Source: Gekko japonicus
Lineage: Eukaryota
Reading direction: 5' to 3'
NCBI RefSeq assembly: GCF_001447785.1
Contig: NW_015176566.1
Coordinates: forward strand, 1-64,000
DNA: 64,000 nt
The notes beneath the pieces were generated by a model. The model saw only the letters and a list, made by a program, of their open reading frames with translations. It had not been told where the DNA came from and did no database searches. Positions 61,311 through 64,000 of this stretch are shown here, piece by piece. Both the position numbers and the translations under genes were made by a program. Position 1 is the stretch's first letter, and each line of letters opens with the position of its first letter.

Positions 61311-62535
61311 TGTTTAAAATAAAGAAGCAAAAAACAAATAAAGATTTGCACATCTTGTCTCAGCCCACATTTGAGTTACCAAATATCATAGAATGTCTTC
61401 ATTTTCACTGTGTTCAGAATGATCCCCCACTCCAACCGCTCACGGAGTGTGAATAACATATTTGATTTTTGGGCTGCTGGGTAATTCTGCTCCCCTTAAA
61501 TTATTTGGGTTTTGGGAGTCAAACTGACCTTTTTTTTACAATACTTTTCTACTTTTTCAACACCAGGAACATACGCATCAGACTTCAAGGTGGAGTCTTC
61601 AGAGGTGAGAGCATTCCACAGGCAGGGTGCCCAGGGCCTTAGCTAAAGCCTTCCCAATGGGGAAGGCCCTGGGGAAAGTGGGGTGGCCGGAGTGTGTGCG
61701 TGCGCATGCTTTGCGCGCACGCACGCCGCACACGCATCAACCCGGAAGTGACGTAATGCCCTCCCCCTTCTCTCTCTCTCCAAGCTCCCCCCCCAATGAA
61801 TTCTATGCCACAGCCTCAGCAGCCCTTCGTTTAAGTCTGGATGAGCTACACACAAGAGGAAAGCAGGATCACTAAACTGAAACAACCCCTGAATGAAAGG
61901 AAAAGGTGGGAATTATTGTCTTGCAGTGGTTCATAAATCAGAAACAAAACCCCAGCACTGACTTCCTTGTGTGACCTTGTTTGAGGTGGTTTAGCTTTTC
62001 CTGATCATTTTTATTTCCTTGAGAAAAGGAGGGAAACACCTTTGTGTGAGGGCACAAGAGAGAAACGCTCAGGGATCACCCCCACTCCGTCAAGGACAGA
62101 AGCCCAAACAGAAAGCAGAAGTTGGCCCTGTTTGCATCAGCCTAGCTACCAGCTTCCTGTCTGCTTACTTTTGCTGGGGTGTCCGGCTGCTCCGGCAGCT
62201 CGCGGAAGGGAAGGGAAGGGGAGGAGCCCGTCAGGCTCCGGCCAGTCAGAGCTGCATCTGCCGCTCTTGCTCGCTCACCTGCCTCCCCCCCCCATCTCGC
62301 TTTATTTTGTTTTGACCACAGGGCGCCTTCCTTGGAAGCCCGGCAGTCAAAACAAAATAAACCAATATGGAGGGGAGCGGAGCCTGATGGGCTCCTCCCC
62401 TTCCCTTCCGCGAGGCTTTGCTTTTTTCCATCACGGAAGGTGAGCCCCCCCGATGCAGCATGCCACCACCGACGCTTGAGTCCCAACGAGAAGCCGCCGC
62501 CACCGCCAAGCCACTCCCGGAGCAGCCGGATTCCA

Positions 62536-63052
62536 CCCAGTGTAGTGGTTAAGTGTGCGGACTCTTATCTGGGAGAACCGGGTCTGATTCCCCACTCCTC
62601 CACTTGCACCTGGCTGGATGACCTTGGGCAAGCCATAATTCTGGCACAGCTGTTCTTGAAAAAGAGCAGTTTTCTGTCAAGAGCTCTCTCAGCCCCACCT
62701 ACCTCACAGGGTATCTGTTGTGGGGAGGGGAAGGGAAAGGAGTTTGTAAGCTGCTCTGAGACTCCTTTGGGTAGTGAAGGGTGGGGTATAAATCCAATCT
62801 CTTCTTCTTCTTTTACCTCACAGGGTGTCTGTTGTGGGGAGGGGAAGGGGAAGGAGTTTGTAAGCTGCTCTGAGACTCCTTCGGGTAGTGAAGGGCGGGG
62901 TATAAATCCAATCTCTTCTTCTTCTTCTTCTTTTACCTCACAGGGTGTCTGTTGTGGGGAGGGGAAGGGAAAGGAGTTTGTAAGCCGCTCTGAGACACCT
63001 TTGAGTAGTGAAGGGTGGGGTATAAATCCAATAAATCCAATCTCTTCTTCTT
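62536..63052 (+). mobile_element. tRNA-derived squamate SINE (Squam3-like) with triplicated 3' tail
   Basis: A/B-box head gtgtagtggttaag...gggtctgattcccc, then three copies of acctcacagggtgtctgttgtgggg...aatccaatctcttcttct. Confidence 0.88.
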
Positions 63053-63661
63053 GTGATTCCTGAAGTCAAATTTAATTTAAGGTTTGACCTGTTTGCCCTA
63101 TGCAGAGATCTAAATGGCATTGTTGGCATTTAATGGCATATACAGTGTTAGAAGATGAGCAAGTGAAATGAGCCTGAGACGGCTTAGATTTTTTAAAAAT
63201 ATATATATTTAAAAATATTTCAACCTTCCAGGACATTTAGTGGGGGACCTCAAAGGACCTTTTTATTGCAAAGGGATTTCAGAAACAGTCTAGAACAGAA
63301 GATAGCTGAATTACAATTATTTTCATTTTGTAGAAACGTAACATGCAATTTCAAATATAACGTATAACCGTCGGATCGCGGGCAGGTTTCCTTTGGAGTG
63401 AGTTGTTGGGGGAGAAACTTTGACCTCTCGGGAGGGAGGGAGGGAGGGAGGGAGGCCAGGGTAGGACGCCCCAGTAGCCTGCGGGATGCCGGAGGTGGCG
63501 GCGGCGGTGATGGGCAGGGGGAGGGGGAGCAGAGGATTGGGAGGGAGGGGGCCCGCAAAACCAGCAGGGAGAGCCGTGCCCCATGGGCCCCACGCAGGCT
63601 ACGAGCCTGAGGGTGCCACTACTGAGAAGGTCATCCCACTAGGTTACTGCCCACCAAAGAG

Positions 63662-63780
63662 CCAGTTTGATGTACTGGTTAAGAGTGGTGGACTCTAATC
63701 TGGAGAATGGGGTTTGATTCCCCACTCCTCCACATGAAGCCAACTGGGTGACTTTGGGTCAGTCACAGTTCTCTCAGCCC
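63662..63780 (+). mobile_element. tRNA-derived SINE head
   Basis: gccagtttgatgtactggttaagagtggtggactctaatctggaga...ggtttgattccccactcc. Older copies at ~5870-6080, 16060-16270, 32010-32230, 43590-43800 and 55300-55500. Confidence 0.8.
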
Positions 63781-64000
63781 AAGAAATTAAACCTAGCCTG
63801 CCACAAAAAGAGCTAGAGTTTCACGCTGCCAGACAATCTTCGGATCTCCTGGCTATATTATACCCACTACCACATGATTACTATTATTACTGCCTAACAC
63901 ACTTCTCCATAATGACTATGCTTTACAGGTGAGCTGTAATTTATGGGAGAAGGTGGTCCTTCAGTTACCCTGGTTCCAAGCCAATTAGGGCCCTTATTAT

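Noticed and set aside
62179-63063. 294-aa ORF with three peptide repeats
   Set aside because: Read-through of a SINE and its triplicated tail.

Overview
Vertebrate genomic DNA: a class II (gamma) olfactory receptor (OR) cluster from a squamate. A gecko is the best guess, inferred only from the repeat content (tRNA- and 5S-derived SINEs, BovB, CR1, L2, L1, Penelope-like elements, GC-rich hAT MITEs). There are four intact single-exon OR ORFs (20826-21746 +, 33752-34735 -, 47897-48826 +, 58668-59639 +) and two OR pseudogenes (2508-3027 -, 9794-11131 +). Nearly all other ORFs in the track are transposon remnants or spurious. The most unusual structure is a ~960-bp Helentron-like (rolling-circle) non-autonomous element at 8510-9468. 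It appears to carry a captured CpG-island promoter/exon-intron fragment, and a second terminus-less copy of that cargo lies on the other side of an OR pseudogene. Also notable: a solo LTR flanked by a 56-bp duplication instead of a short TSD; a ~6-kb duplicated OR 5' flank with no coding exon of its own, plus a young ~1-kb conversion or template-switch tract; hAT MITEs carrying TAATGA repeats near OR promoters; an intact OR lacking two conserved cysteines; and decayed hammerhead ribozyme cores. I found no evidence for a novel protein-coding system. Three N-gaps limit interpretation. All identities are estimated by eye.
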